The translations under genes and the position numbers were made by a program. A stretch of 46,578 nucleotides of DNA from Sphingomonadales bacterium. GTDB lineage: Bacteria; Pseudomonadota; Alphaproteobacteria; Sphingomonadales; Sphingomonadaceae. Shown in pieces: positions 8,597 through 18,602 of the stretch; position 1 is the stretch's first letter, and each line of letters starts with the position of its first letter. Below the pieces are notes generated by a model. That model was not told where the DNA came from. It made no database searches and saw only the letters and a list, made by a program, of their open reading frames with translations. The DNA lies in NCBI GenBank assembly GCA_038238515.1, contig JBBRXQ010000001.1, positions 1-46,578 on the forward strand, read 5' to 3'.

Positions 8597-10729
8597 TCAG
8601 CCGTCCGCGTGGGCGTATTCATCCTCGTCGGCAAACTCATCCTCGTTATCGGCGTCGTCGCGGATGTTGTTGGCGCTGTGGTCCGATTCGGTGTCCGCCT
8701 GCTCACCGCTGCCAGTGTTGTCGGAAGCACCATCGTCGCCTTCAAAGTTGTCGGGCGCTGCGCTGGTTCCATCAAGGAAGAGCATAGCATTGGGAACCCA
8801 GCCCAACGCCTTGTCCCTGACCGCTTCCTCGACGATCGCTTCGCCAGCGAAAAGCTTTTCGCAGCTGGTCGAGATTTCGCCCTTCTTTGACGCCGCGTAG
8901 CGCGCCGATAGTGCGGGTCCGCCGACATCATCGAGCAGCGCCAGCAGCGATCCTTTCGACACCCGGTCGAAGAAGTTCGCCGCGGTCGGCCGCCACCACG
9001 CTGCAACGTCGATATCGAGGATCGAAGCCATGCGGTTCTGGAGCGGGTTCTGGCGCGCATCGTATGTCGGCTTGGCTTCGAGCGAGACCGCAACGGTGTA
9101 GGCCAGCCACCCCGCCTTGGCATCGTCGTCGAGCAGGCGGAAGGCCTCGAACCGCTCGACGTCGGTCGCGACGTCCATCCAGCTGGCGTCGAGCCCCTCA
9201 TGCGCTTCAGCCAGGTAAGTCTTGGCCTTGCCCGCCCCGATATCGCCGATCTGGGGGTCTTGCGGCCCGGGCGCCTTGATGGTCGTGCCGTACTGGCCGT
9301 AGCCGCGCTTCGCATCGGTCATCACAAACAGCATGTAATCGAGCGCAAGTCCGGGTTGGCCGAGCAGCGAGGCAGCCAGAATGTCGCGCCGCTGGACGGC
9401 AAGTTCGTCGTACAGCCTCGCACTGATCGGCTTGCCGCCGGGTGCGACGGCTTCGGGACGCTGCGGCTTGTTGTCGCCGTTTTGCGTTTCACCGCCGTGC
9501 GGGCCACCCCCCTGCCCGCCGATCGCGATCGGGCTTTCGCCGTCACCAACCTCGTCGGGGTGTTTCATGCGGACCGGGGTCTCGCTGTAGTAATCACAGT
9601 CGAGCACCATCTCGCCTTTGCGGCTGAGCTTGAGGAACTGGCCGACCAGCGGCTTCAGCTCATCGGGCAGCAAGCGCGGACGGTCGTGCAGCGCCTGGCG
9701 CTCTTCGTTCAACGCATCGTGCTCTGCCTCGAATGCGGCATAAACTTCGTCGGAGGTGGTTTCGTCTTCCATCGCCGCCTCGATGACCCCGCAGCGGGTT
9801 GCGATCTCATCGATGCGCAGCTGCTCTTCGTCCGTGAACGGGCGTTGCGGCACAGTCACGCGGTGTAGCTTCGAACTCACCTCCCAGGTGTTCTCGGTCG
9901 CAATCGGCCTGATCCACGCAATGCCAAGGTCCGCCGCGATCCGCGTGGCCTCGGCTTCCAGCTTGGTGGCTGCAAGCTGCTCGGCGATTTCGGGATCGAG
10001 CCAGCGATCCTCATTCTGCGCGCTGAACAGGTCGCGCTCGATGCGGCCCCCGGCAGCGGCATAGGCATCCTCGCCCACGAGGATCGCGATCGGATCGTCA
10101 CTCCGCATCGAATCCTGCACGATCATCCGCCGGATGTAATCGGCATTGTAACCGCCGTAGCGCGACACCTGCTCGAACACGCGCATCTGCTTGTCGTGGT
10201 TTTCGGTGCAGCCGTAAGCCTTCGCGTGGTCGAGCGTGATGTCGCCCTTGGCGAGCGCATCGAAAATCGGCTCGGCCAGATTGGCGAGGCGCAGGCGGCC
10301 TTCGATGAACCGGCGGGTCTGGCCAAACCGCGCGGCGACCGCGTCGATGTCGCCGTCCTTGCCGAGGAAATGCAGGAACGCGCGGCATTCTTCGGCCGGG
10401 GTCAGCTTCAACTGGTGGAAGTTGGCGGCAAGCGACGTCTCGCTGAGCGCATTGTCGTCCGCCTTCAGGACCATGACCGGCACGTCGTAAGTGGCGGCGT
10501 CGATCACGCCGTTCGCAGCCATGAGCAGCAGTGCGCGCAGGCGGCGGCCGCCGTCGAACACTTCGAACATGCCGCGCGGCTTGATGACCGGTGTGATCAA
10601 AAGGTTTTGCAGCACGCCGCGCGCAGTGATGTCGGCGGCAAGCGGCTCAATGCCGAGCGCCTTGTCCTCGGCGGTGCGGACATTGATCGGCGAAAGCCGC
10701 AGCTTGGCAAGTTTGATGGTCTGGAACAT
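8597..10729 (-). CDS. Long ParB/Srx-domain protein of plasmid leading regions (not the partition ParB)
   Basis: LSPINVR; GVLQNL; VFDGGRRLRAL; SLAANF; HTH; WWRPTAANFFDRVSK C-terminal motif; acidic tail. Confidence 0.88.
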   Translation of the reverse strand: MFQTIKLAKLRLSPINVRTAEDKALGIEPLAADITARGVLQNLLITPVIKPRGMFEVFDGGRRLRALLLMAANGVIDAATYDVPVMVLKADDNALSETSLAANFHQLKLTPAEECRAFLHFLGKDGDIDAVAARFGQTRRFIEGRLRLANLAEPIFDALAKGDITLDHAKAYGCTENHDKQMRVFEQVSRYGGYNADYIRRMIVQDSMRSDDPIAILVGEDAYAAAGGRIERDLFSAQNEDRWLDPEIAEQLAATKLEAEATRIAADLGIAWIRPIATENTWEVSSKLHRVTVPQRPFTDEEQLRIDEIATRCGVIEAAMEDETTSDEVYAAFEAEHDALNEERQALHDRPRLLPDELKPLVGQFLKLSRKGEMVLDCDYYSETPVRMKHPDEVGDGESPIAIGGQGGGPHGGETQNGDNKPQRPEAVAPGGKPISARLYDELAVQRRDILAASLLGQPGLALDYMLFVMTDAKRGYGQYGTTIKAPGPQDPQIGDIGAGKAKTYLAEAHEGLDASWMDVATDVERFEAFRLLDDDAKAGWLAYTVAVSLEAKPTYDARQNPLQNRMASILDIDVAAWWRPTAANFFDRVSKGSLLALLDDVGGPALSARYAASKKGEISTSCEKLFAGEAIVEEAVRDKALGWVPNAMLFLDGTSAAPDNFEGDDGASDNTGSGEQADTESDHSANNIRDDADNEDEFADEDEYAHADG

Positions 10730-10800
10730 GGGGGATCTCCTGGTGTCGTCCGGCCAAATCCGAACACCAGTTACCCTCCCTCTCCTCTTTTCAATTTGCC
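10676..10800. repeat. 125-bp direct repeat, copy 1 (5' end and leader of the ParB-like gene)
   Basis: Matches 23175-23298 with 5 substitutions and 1 indel. Confidence 0.95.
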
Positions 10801-11021
10801 AAAATCGACCTCGGGCCTTCGTCGCAAAACGCGGAGCAGGTAAATTCGATCCCTACGCTATCGGCGGGTATCGACCAGCTCACGCCATTCTGCAGCAGTT
10901 GCGCGCGTGTCCGCTCACCCTGAAACCTGTCGTTGGCATATGCCAGAGCATCCGGGCAAAAGGTACCAAGATAGCCGTCGTTCAGCGGCTAAAATTCTGT
11001 CCCTGATACCCGGGCGTTAGT

Positions 11022-11942
11022 TCAACTCGCGTTTGCGCCTGTCGGTGCGACCCATCGCGATCCAAAGGTGATCTCTGAAAATTGATCGAACCTGCACGCC
11101 AGCCATAGCACACCTGCGCCGACAACACTGCAAACCACAAGCGCTGGAACCGACGCTTCGGGACCGAAAGCCCCACCGGTAAGCCAGTCGGGCAAATTGG
11201 CTTGCGCCGCGCTAGTGGCGATCGATGCCCCGAAATCCCCTCCAGAAACATGGGCACCAAAAACATATCCTTGAGTGAAGTTCCACCCCGCGTGCACGCC
11301 GATTGACATCCAAAGCCGACCAGTAAGTGCGTAAAATGCGCCGAGCATAATGCCGGCTTCGATCGCCACGCAGGCGGTGGTGAACCAAGTAGCACCAGGA
11401 TTACCGATGTGGCCAAAGCAAAACAGTAATCCGGACACTGCAAATGCTATTGCGGGACCGAACGCGCGCCATACCAACCGCAACACTAAGCCGCGGACGA
11501 GGACCTCTTCAAGGACGCCCGATTCAAGCGCAAGGCTGGCCCCGCGCCACACCGACGCAGGACCACGATAGGTAAAGTCGTATAAACCTGTCCCGATCAA
11601 AATCGTCATTACAGTTGAAAACATGATCAGGCCGATCGCCAAGCCTGCAATAATGCCGAATGGCGCAGCAGCTGGTGCGATTTCTTGCGGCCAACGTTTC
11701 TCACCAAGCCGCACCAACACTGCGTAGGTGCCGAGCACGATGAGCGCTCCAACCGCCTTTGCTAGAAACCGAAACGCGGGCTGAGCTGGCATCGAATGCG
11801 AGAGTGCTTCTACAGCAGGGCCGAAAGCAAGCATGATTGCGAATACCATTGCAACCATCCACGCTAGGCTGCGCGCGGCTCGCCACCCCCCGGGACGTAT
11901 TATGCCTTGGTCTCCTAGCGCAATTGGAATGCTCCAGCTCAT
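11022..11942 (-). CDS. CPBP (CAAX/Abi) family intramembrane metalloprotease
   Basis: EEVLVRG, FCFGH and HAGWN motifs; multiple TM segments; GAFGPEAS. Confidence 0.9.
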   Translation of the reverse strand: MSWSIPIALGDQGIIRPGGWRAARSLAWMVAMVFAIMLAFGPAVEALSHSMPAQPAFRFLAKAVGALIVLGTYAVLVRLGEKRWPQEIAPAAAPFGIIAGLAIGLIMFSTVMTILIGTGLYDFTYRGPASVWRGASLALESGVLEEVLVRGLVLRLVWRAFGPAIAFAVSGLLFCFGHIGNPGATWFTTACVAIEAGIMLGAFYALTGRLWMSIGVHAGWNFTQGYVFGAHVSGGDFGASIATSAAQANLPDWLTGGAFGPEASVPALVVCSVVGAGVLWLACRFDQFSEITFGSRWVAPTGANAS

Positions 11943-13345
11943 CGTGGCGGTCCGATCCGAAGTGTGCTGACGATGCCTGCAGCCAACGAGAGTACCGCGC
12001 CGATTGCAAAACCGATCCGCGGGGCAGTGTTGATCGTTGTCAGCATCAGCAGCAGTGTCATGATTAATGCCCCTGCGGTCTGACCAGTAAGCCGCGCAGT
12101 ACCCTGCATGCCACCGGCCGCAGCGCTCCGCTCACGCGGAACTGCAAGAAACATACTACGGTTATTTGGGACCTGAAACAATCCAAACCCCGCGCCGCAG
12201 ATGACGCCAAGCGCAGCAAATGCTGATGGATCGGCGATTGGCCAAAGTGCCATTCCGCAAAGACCGATAGCCAGAAGAGCCCCGCCGACTGTGCACAGGC
12301 GCGCGGTTGAAACGCGGTTCGCAAGTCGACCGGCAAGGGGTGCTGCTACCGCGACAGCCAGAGGCCACGGTGTCACGTATAGGCCGGTCATCAACGGGGT
12401 TTGGCCGAGCGCGTGCTGTAAGTGAAACGGCAGCGCCACAATCGCCGCGGCTTGGCCAGCGAAACAACAGACCGATGCAATAACTGAGAGGCGAAACGAG
12501 CGATCGCGCAGAAGATCGACCGGTATCATCGGGGCTTCGCGGCAGCCTTCGCGGCGGATTAACATCGCCGCAAAGGGGACTGCAGCGAGAAGCAGCATCA
12601 TCGCCAGTGCGAACTGAGCAACAATAAGCTCAGCGCCAGATACAAGCAGCGCAACCGAACTAGCGGCAAGCGCGATACTATTCCAATCCAACCGCTGCCC
12701 ATTTCCAGCGACGACCGGCAATGCACGGGTTGCGAGCAGCGCGATGCCGCCAAATGGAATGTTGAGCGCGAACAGCCATTGCCAACCCGCTCCCCACAGA
12801 ATCGCAGCGCCAAGCGCCGGCCCTGCCGCTGAACAAAGCGCGACGGTCAGAGCATTCCAACCGATCGCGGCGCCGAACTGCTGCTCGGAAACCGCGAAAC
12901 GAAGCAACGCGACCCCGAGCGCCATAATCGCAGCCCCGCCCAATCCTTGGACGAAGCGCGCCGCCACGAGCCATGATAGCGAGGGCGAGATGGCGCAGAG
13001 CGCGGATGCAACGAGGAATACCGCCATGCCGACGGTGAATACGCGTCGAAGACCCAAACTTTCGCCCAGCGCCGCACAGGGCAACAGCGCCATCACCAAC
13101 CCCGCCTGATAGGCCGAAACAATCAGAACTGCATTGGCCGGGCTAACTTTGAAAGACTTGGAGATTGTTGACAGCGCAACATTGACGATCGCCGCGTCGA
13201 CCACGACCATCGCCATTGCTACCAAGACGCAGCCAATCGCTATTGCACGCCATGGCTGGGCCAATCCTCCAGAGCCGCCGTCGGCGGCGAGCAAGGCGGA
13301 ACTTTGCCTTGGCTTCGCCAAAGCAACGGCAGTGTCGCACATCAT
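11939..13345 (-). CDS. MFS drug/H+ antiporter (DHA2-like, 14 TM)
   Basis: VDAAIVNVAL; LGESLGLRRVF; ARFVQGLGGA; WQWLFALNIPFG; GFGLFQVPNN; ATGA overlap with the upstream gene. Confidence 0.92.
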   Translation of the reverse strand: MMCDTAVALAKPRQSSALLAADGGSGGLAQPWRAIAIGCVLVAMAMVVVDAAIVNVALSTISKSFKVSPANAVLIVSAYQAGLVMALLPCAALGESLGLRRVFTVGMAVFLVASALCAISPSLSWLVAARFVQGLGGAAIMALGVALLRFAVSEQQFGAAIGWNALTVALCSAAGPALGAAILWGAGWQWLFALNIPFGGIALLATRALPVVAGNGQRLDWNSIALAASSVALLVSGAELIVAQFALAMMLLLAAVPFAAMLIRREGCREAPMIPVDLLRDRSFRLSVIASVCCFAGQAAAIVALPFHLQHALGQTPLMTGLYVTPWPLAVAVAAPLAGRLANRVSTARLCTVGGALLAIGLCGMALWPIADPSAFAALGVICGAGFGLFQVPNNRSMFLAVPRERSAAAGGMQGTARLTGQTAGALIMTLLLMLTTINTAPRIGFAIGAVLSLAAGIVSTLRIGPPR

Positions 13346-13890
13346 GCCGCGTTCGCCGCCCATGTGCCGCCATGCTGAACAAAGCGCGTGACCCGGCGGT
13401 ATTCCTTATCCTCGCGTTTCAGATCACGCTCGGCGAACCGGAAAAGTAATGCCGGGCCTTTGACACATAGCGTGTCGTGGATGTCCCCGGGGAGATAAAC
13501 CCGCACTTGGCCAGGGCGGACTAATGTTGCATCGCGCTTCACCAAGTGGTGTCCGCCCGCTCCGTCCTCGAGCTTGGCATAACTGCCCATTTCGACTTCG
13601 CCGCGTTGCACCGCATAGATAACCCAGCCGCGGCCATGATCATGGGGTGGGCGATACAGCCCCGCCTCCTCGGTATGGGCTAGAAGTACAAAGCCGTGAT
13701 CGGGATCGCGAACCAATTCACTGCTCGCCGGGAGATCGCGGTGTAACGTTGCCAGCCATTCCTCAGCTGCAGATGAGCCAACGAGCGAAATCATTTGCCG
13801 ATAACATTCAGCGATGAGTTCTGTGGTGAGTGGCCCCCAAGCAGATGAGATCGCGCTGGCAAAAACCTCTAGTGCATCCTTTTTCATCAT
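13342..13890 (-). CDS. Cupin, cysteine-dioxygenase-like protein
   Basis: PPHDHG..WVIYAV..G.VEM and PGDIH cupin His motifs; GAAGGA RBS. Confidence 0.75.
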   Translation of the reverse strand: MMKKDALEVFASAISSAWGPLTTELIAECYRQMISLVGSSAAEEWLATLHRDLPASSELVRDPDHGFVLLAHTEEAGLYRPPHDHGRGWVIYAVQRGEVEMGSYAKLEDGAGGHHLVKRDATLVRPGQVRVYLPGDIHDTLCVKGPALLFRFAERDLKREDKEYRRVTRFVQHGGTWAANAA

Positions 13891-13994
13891 CACTTCCTTC
13901 AGTCGCAGTTCGAGACAAAGGATATGAGCGGTTCTGCTATGGCGAAAGGCGCATCGTTTGCAGAGTATTAGTGCAGCAGACGCCATGTCACACT

Positions 13995-14018
13995 GGGCTT
14001 GGGGCTTGGGGCTTGGGG
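13995..14018 (+). repeat. (GGGCTTG)3-type microsatellite with four G-runs
   Basis: GGGCTTGGGGCTTGGGGCTTGGGG. Confidence 0.8.
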
Positions 14019-14138
14019 CCTAAGCCGAAGCTTGATTTCGGCATCACCGTCTGGTTCTGCCGAAATATGTGCCCGAGTGCATGGCTTGCGCAACGAAACA
14101 TGGTCGGGGGAACAACCATTTAATCGCCGCCTATTGGA

Positions 14139-14726
14139 TCAAAACCGGTAAGACACGCCGAAAAGCGCCTGCTGGCGTTGATAGCTCTGCCCGCCGCCGC
14201 CAACATCGGTGTAGCGATACTCGATCCGAGCATTGGCATGCTTTGCAATGGCGTATTCGAGACCGGCACCGGCATGCCAACCATCGAGGGTTGATCCGAT
14301 CGCGGCAGCTTGGCCTGTACTGGTATGGATGCGAGCGCTAGCGTGTCCCCCCCGCAGATAGAGCATCGTTCTGTCGTCAATAAGGTAGCCGGCACGGGCA
14401 GAGACATAAACTGCAAGCCGCGGGTCGACCGAGATGGGCAGGCCGCCTTGGTTGCTGCGCAGCTTGTTGTCCGCAGGGCCGTTGAGAGCCACTTCGCCGC
14501 CAAGCACGAAATGGGAGGCGATCGTCTTATCGTAGCCGGCGAAGATGCCGACCATTGCCGAGTCCCGTTCGATATCACGCACCGCTGATGAGCCATCGCG
14601 CTTTGGTTCAAACTTGTCGTGATTGTAGCCAAGCGTAATGCCGGCGTAGGGGCCATCAAAGCTTTTCGCGGCAGCCGGCGTGATGACGGCCATTGAAATC
14701 AACATGCCGTGAATGATACTCTTCAT
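14139..14726 (-). CDS. Outer-membrane beta-barrel protein (Omp25/RopB-like)
   Basis: Signal peptide; FDGPYAG; SARAGYL; GWHAGAGLEYA; RIEYRYTD; C-terminal GVSYRF. Confidence 0.88.
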   Translation of the reverse strand: MKSIIHGMLISMAVITPAAAKSFDGPYAGITLGYNHDKFEPKRDGSSAVRDIERDSAMVGIFAGYDKTIASHFVLGGEVALNGPADNKLRSNQGGLPISVDPRLAVYVSARAGYLIDDRTMLYLRGGHASARIHTSTGQAAAIGSTLDGWHAGAGLEYAIAKHANARIEYRYTDVGGGGQSYQRQQALFGVSYRF

Positions 14727-14890
14727 GCGTTTGGTCCTTGTTTCTATTCCCGGCAGCAATCGAATAGTTGCGGCATCCGGGATCGTGCGCCGACGCGGTC
14801 TGCGCCAGTTGGCGTGTGTCGTCGGCCAATATGCCGAGACTTAACGTTGCCAATCGATGCGCCGAATCTGACGCCTCGCAGCAAACGATT

Positions 14891-15550
14891 TCAGGTATGT
14901 AAGTTGCTGACTTTTGCGATGTGCGGTGAGCGGGCAAACCATTCGGCCGCAGCGAGGTTCAAAAGCCAAGCCGATGCCATCAGAAGTGCGCGCGGTGTCG
15001 CCGACGGGGTGCCGATCAGCCAAATCCAAGGCAGCAGCGTGGCGGCTTGCGTTCCCGCCCCCAATCCGATGGCATAGGCGCGCATCATCCAGACGCGATG
15101 CTGAGCGATATCGCGGCGCAAGATGGCGGCAATTCCCAGAAGAACCGCAAGAACCATGCCCGCGCCAAAGAACCAACGGAATAAGTACAGTAAAAGCCCG
15201 TCGTTCTCGGCATAGGGATAAAATTGGTTCATCCACAGGCCAGATAGGCCCGCGACGATGTCCGCTGGCGCCACCATCTGGCCCAAATAACGGTGCCAAC
15301 GCGGGAAGCGTCGCCGAAATCCGGGCCAGAACAGGAGAGCGCCGAGCACCAAAAACAGGCTTGCAGCCACAATGTGCAACTGTACCGGCAGGGGGTCAGC
15401 AAAGAACCGTGCGTCGGCCAAAGAACCTGTGGATTCGCGCGCCAGTGACACCAGCCGCACGACCCCTGCCGCGACCGGGATGATGGAAAGGGCTACAAGC
15501 GCTGCTGCGATGAGCCATCCTTGCCGGATCGAATTTTTGTTGCATTCCAC
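14891..15550 (-). CDS. DUF2306 membrane protein
   Basis: LHIV; RWHRYLG; AGLSGLWM; HRVWMMRAYAIGLGAGTQ; WLLNLAAAEW. Confidence 0.85.
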   Translation of the reverse strand: MECNKNSIRQGWLIAAALVALSIIPVAAGVVRLVSLARESTGSLADARFFADPLPVQLHIVAASLFLVLGALLFWPGFRRRFPRWHRYLGQMVAPADIVAGLSGLWMNQFYPYAENDGLLLYLFRWFFGAGMVLAVLLGIAAILRRDIAQHRVWMMRAYAIGLGAGTQAATLLPWIWLIGTPSATPRALLMASAWLLNLAAAEWFARSPHIAKVSNLHT

Positions 15551-15622
15551 GGTTAACTTCCTTCCCCCGCTGTTTACTCATGCGCAAATTCGAAATAAAT
15601 TGCGGAAATTCGGCTTTCCGTT

Positions 15623-16519
15623 ATGCAAAAATGTATGAATTGGCAGGAATCTCCCTTTGATTGGAACCAGGCCCGGGCCTTCCTCGCGACGGCTGAGGCA
15701 GGCACGCTTTCGGCCGCCGCACGCAATTTGGGCCTGACGCAGCCCACACTGTCGCGTCAGGTGGCGGCGCTAGAGGAAGCTCTGGGCGTCCTGCTATTCG
15801 AACGGGTCGGCCGCGCCTTGGAAATCACCCCCACCGGGCTTGACCTGCTGGAGCATTTTCGCGGGATGGGCGAGGCAGCCAACGCCGCAGCACTTGCCGC
15901 CTCGGGCCAATCTCAGTCGCTGGTCGGGGCAGTCAGCATCACCGCTTCAGACGCTTTCGCCGCCTACTTTTTGCCCGATGTTCTTGCCCGTATCCGTCAG
16001 GTGTCCCCCGGCATCGAACTTGAGGTTTTGGCCGCCAACGATATTCGCGACTTGCAAAGGCGCGAAGCGGATATTGCCATCCGCCACGCACGGCCCGACC
16101 AACCCGACTTGATCGGCAAACTGCTTCGGCAATCCAGCGCACATCTTTACGCCGCGCAAAGCTATTTGGACCAACACGGCACTCCCACTACCGCGCAAGG
16201 TCTGGCGCAAGCGACCTTCATCGGCTTTGCGCCAGTGGAACGCTTGATTGCTGGCCTGAACTCGTGCGGCCTGACCCTAACCCGGCAGAATTTCAAGCTG
16301 ATCACCGACAATGGCGTGGTGGCAGGCGAATTGATCAAGCAGGGCTTAGGCATCGGCGTCATGCCGAAGGACTTTGCCGCCAAGGTCCCGGGCCTGACCT
16401 GCATCTTGCCAGAAATTGTTTCTCTACCGTTGCCGTTTTGGCTGACAAGCCATCGGGAGCTTTTGACCAGCCGGCGTATCCGTGTGGTATTCGACATCCT
16501 AGCCGAGGCTTTATCCTGA
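15623..16519 (+). CDS. LysR family regulator (divergent from DUF2306)
   Basis: DWNQARAFLATAEAGTLSAAARNLGLTQPTLSRQVAALE; READIAIR. Confidence 0.95.
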   Translation: MQKCMNWQESPFDWNQARAFLATAEAGTLSAAARNLGLTQPTLSRQVAALEEALGVLLFERVGRALEITPTGLDLLEHFRGMGEAANAAALAASGQSQSLVGAVSITASDAFAAYFLPDVLARIRQVSPGIELEVLAANDIRDLQRREADIAIRHARPDQPDLIGKLLRQSSAHLYAAQSYLDQHGTPTTAQGLAQATFIGFAPVERLIAGLNSCGLTLTRQNFKLITDNGVVAGELIKQGLGIGVMPKDFAAKVPGLTCILPEIVSLPLPFWLTSHRELLTSRRIRVVFDILAEALS

Positions 16520-16843
16520 GAAATCGCGAGTCTAACTCAAGCGTTACCCAACTGATCCAGCCCAGGCGCAACATCGCGAAGCGCGATAATGACCCCGTCT
16601 CGCAAATGGCCGAAAATTTAGTCTTTTGCCGCCGATAATGGAATAAGCGCCCCCAAACTTTCCATGGCGGTTGAAAGTCAGGGAGCGGCTGCATGCAGTG
16701 CAAGCTTTGCCCACGTTTGGATTGAAAACGGTCCAGCTGTGATTGGCATGCGCAACTCTGGTAAGGCGAATGACACACTGGTCGGCTTAATAAAGTGTAC
16801 GAAACGCCATGCCAAATGGTCGCTATCGTGCTAACAGCGGGTT

Positions 16844-17746
16844 ATGGCATCTCAGGATTTGAATCTGCTCGTGACGCTCGATGTCCTGCTCGCGGAAGGC
16901 AGTGTAGCTCGGGCGGCCAAACGGCTGCAGTTAAGCCCATCGGCGATGAGCCGAGCGTTGGCCCGGCTGCGCGAGGTTATGGACGACCCTTTGTTGGTCA
17001 GGGCAGGCCGCGGGCTCGTGCCGACGCCGCGGGCCATTGAGGTGCGGCAGCAAGTTAGCGACTTGGTGAGGGATGCCGAAGCCATACTAAGGCCAGCGAA
17101 ACTGCTTGATCTCGCTGCGCTTGTTCGAACCTTTACGCTGCGAACCAGCGATGGCTTTGCGGAAAGCTATGGCGCAAGCATTGTCCGTCGGACCAGCGAC
17201 GACGCGCCGGGTGTGCGACTGCGCTTCCTGCGAAAACTGGATCGAAGCAGCGAAGGGTTGCGCAACGGCAACGTTGATCTCGAAACGGGCGTTGTAGGGA
17301 AAACACTGAGCCCAGAAGTTCGGGCAAAAGCGTTATTCCGTGATCGATTTATTGGGGTTGTTCGGAACGGGCACCCAATAGCGCAAGATGTCATAACAGC
17401 TGGGCGTTTTGCTGCTGGAAAACATGTTCGCGTGTCGCAGCGCAGTGACGAAAAAGGACCGGTCGACGAAGCCATGAAAGCAGTCGGGCTCGCGCGCGAC
17501 GTGGTTGCCAGCGTCGATGGTTACACCGCTGCGCTTGCGTTGGCGCGCAGCACAGACCTCATTGCAAGCGTTCCCGAGCGTCATACCTGCGCTCTGCGCA
17601 ATGGCATGTTTAGCTTTCCGTTCCCGGTACATGTGCCAGATGTCACGGTGTCGCTGCTCTGGCACCCGAGGCACGATGGCGACCAAGCGCATATTTGGCT
17701 GCGACAGTGCGTGCAGGAAGCTTGCTCGCGCAATGTACCCAGCTGA
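16844..17746 (+). CDS. LysR family regulator
   Basis: DLNLLVTLDVLLAEGSVARAAKRLQLSPSAMSRALARLR; WHPR.DGD.AH.WLR. Confidence 0.95.
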   Translation: MASQDLNLLVTLDVLLAEGSVARAAKRLQLSPSAMSRALARLREVMDDPLLVRAGRGLVPTPRAIEVRQQVSDLVRDAEAILRPAKLLDLAALVRTFTLRTSDGFAESYGASIVRRTSDDAPGVRLRFLRKLDRSSEGLRNGNVDLETGVVGKTLSPEVRAKALFRDRFIGVVRNGHPIAQDVITAGRFAAGKHVRVSQRSDEKGPVDEAMKAVGLARDVVASVDGYTAALALARSTDLIASVPERHTCALRNGMFSFPFPVHVPDVTVSLLWHPRHDGDQAHIWLRQCVQEACSRNVPS

Positions 17747-18004
17747 TGACGTGGACGACGACGTGCTGAGTGAACGAATAGCCACTAACAGCTATTGCGC
17801 CGTGACGTCTGCATGCCCGGATTGCACGCAACCTTGATCTTTGAAAGCTCAACGAACTGGCGTCCGCTTTGAGCACACTTTGCCGTTCAATGGATAGCCT
17901 TGGACCGTCAGGAAAGTAGCATTTCTTGTCGATCCGGCTGCCGGCAACTCCCGACCAATTCAAGCAATCCCACTAGCGAAGCTCGAACGTCTGCTCACAT
18001 CGTA

Positions 18005-18179
18005 ACCGATCAAAGTCGTGCCGTGCCATGATGACATGGCCGCGAAATGCGTCGCCCGGCCGATATCCGGACGCGACCGCGTTGCAATCGGCTTCACCTA
18101 ACAATCGGTGCAGGACCGCCGAGCCCTGGCTGTCGAGATCGCCCACAATTTGCGCTCAGTCGTTCCGATCGAGGGTCAT
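18005..18179 (-). pseudogene. 5' remnant of a 2OG-Fe(II) oxygenase (DUF2086-like) gene
   Basis: GGAGG RBS then MTLDRND*AQIVGDLDSQGSAVLHRLLGEADC...Y....FRGHVIMARHDF; in-frame TGA at the conserved Trp; truncated; absent from the ORF track. Confidence 0.6.
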
Positions 18180-18385
18180 GCTGGGACCTCCGGGAATGCA
18201 TGGCGAAAGCTGCCGTCCGGCGGCCAGTTTTGCTAATCTACGCATGAACACGTTCCTTTTTAATCGAACGGCCATGTCGCCTCACCAGAGGCAATGCGCT
18301 CCGATACTTGCTATCAAATCGAAATGGTCGCGTGGCGAATCTCGGCAGATACTGGGCTGTTTCATTGCCGCCGTTTCAAGGCTTT

Positions 18386-18413
18386 CCGCGGGTGAGGCTT
18401 GCCCCACCCGCGG
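18386..18413. terminator. GC-rich hairpin, possible terminator
   Basis: CCGCGGGTGAGGC-TT-GCCCCACCCGCGG flanked by TTT. Confidence 0.4.
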
Positions 18414-18602
18414 TTTCCGATCTGCGGACGACTTTAATCTGGTCCGAGGTTTGCCGCGGCATTTTCAGTTCGCCGGATGGAATCGTAGTTTGTGATCCAG
18501 TCGGACAACAAGCCTACCAAAAGCGCGCGCACGGTTCGATAAGCAATTTGCCCTGGTTGGGCTCACTTGCGAATGAAACTGTCGGCGTGCGTCGGCCCCA
18601 TA

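Noticed and set aside
18028-18495. 155-aa plus-strand ORF
   Set aside because: No recognisable motif; it overlaps the minus-strand oxygenase remnant and a hairpin
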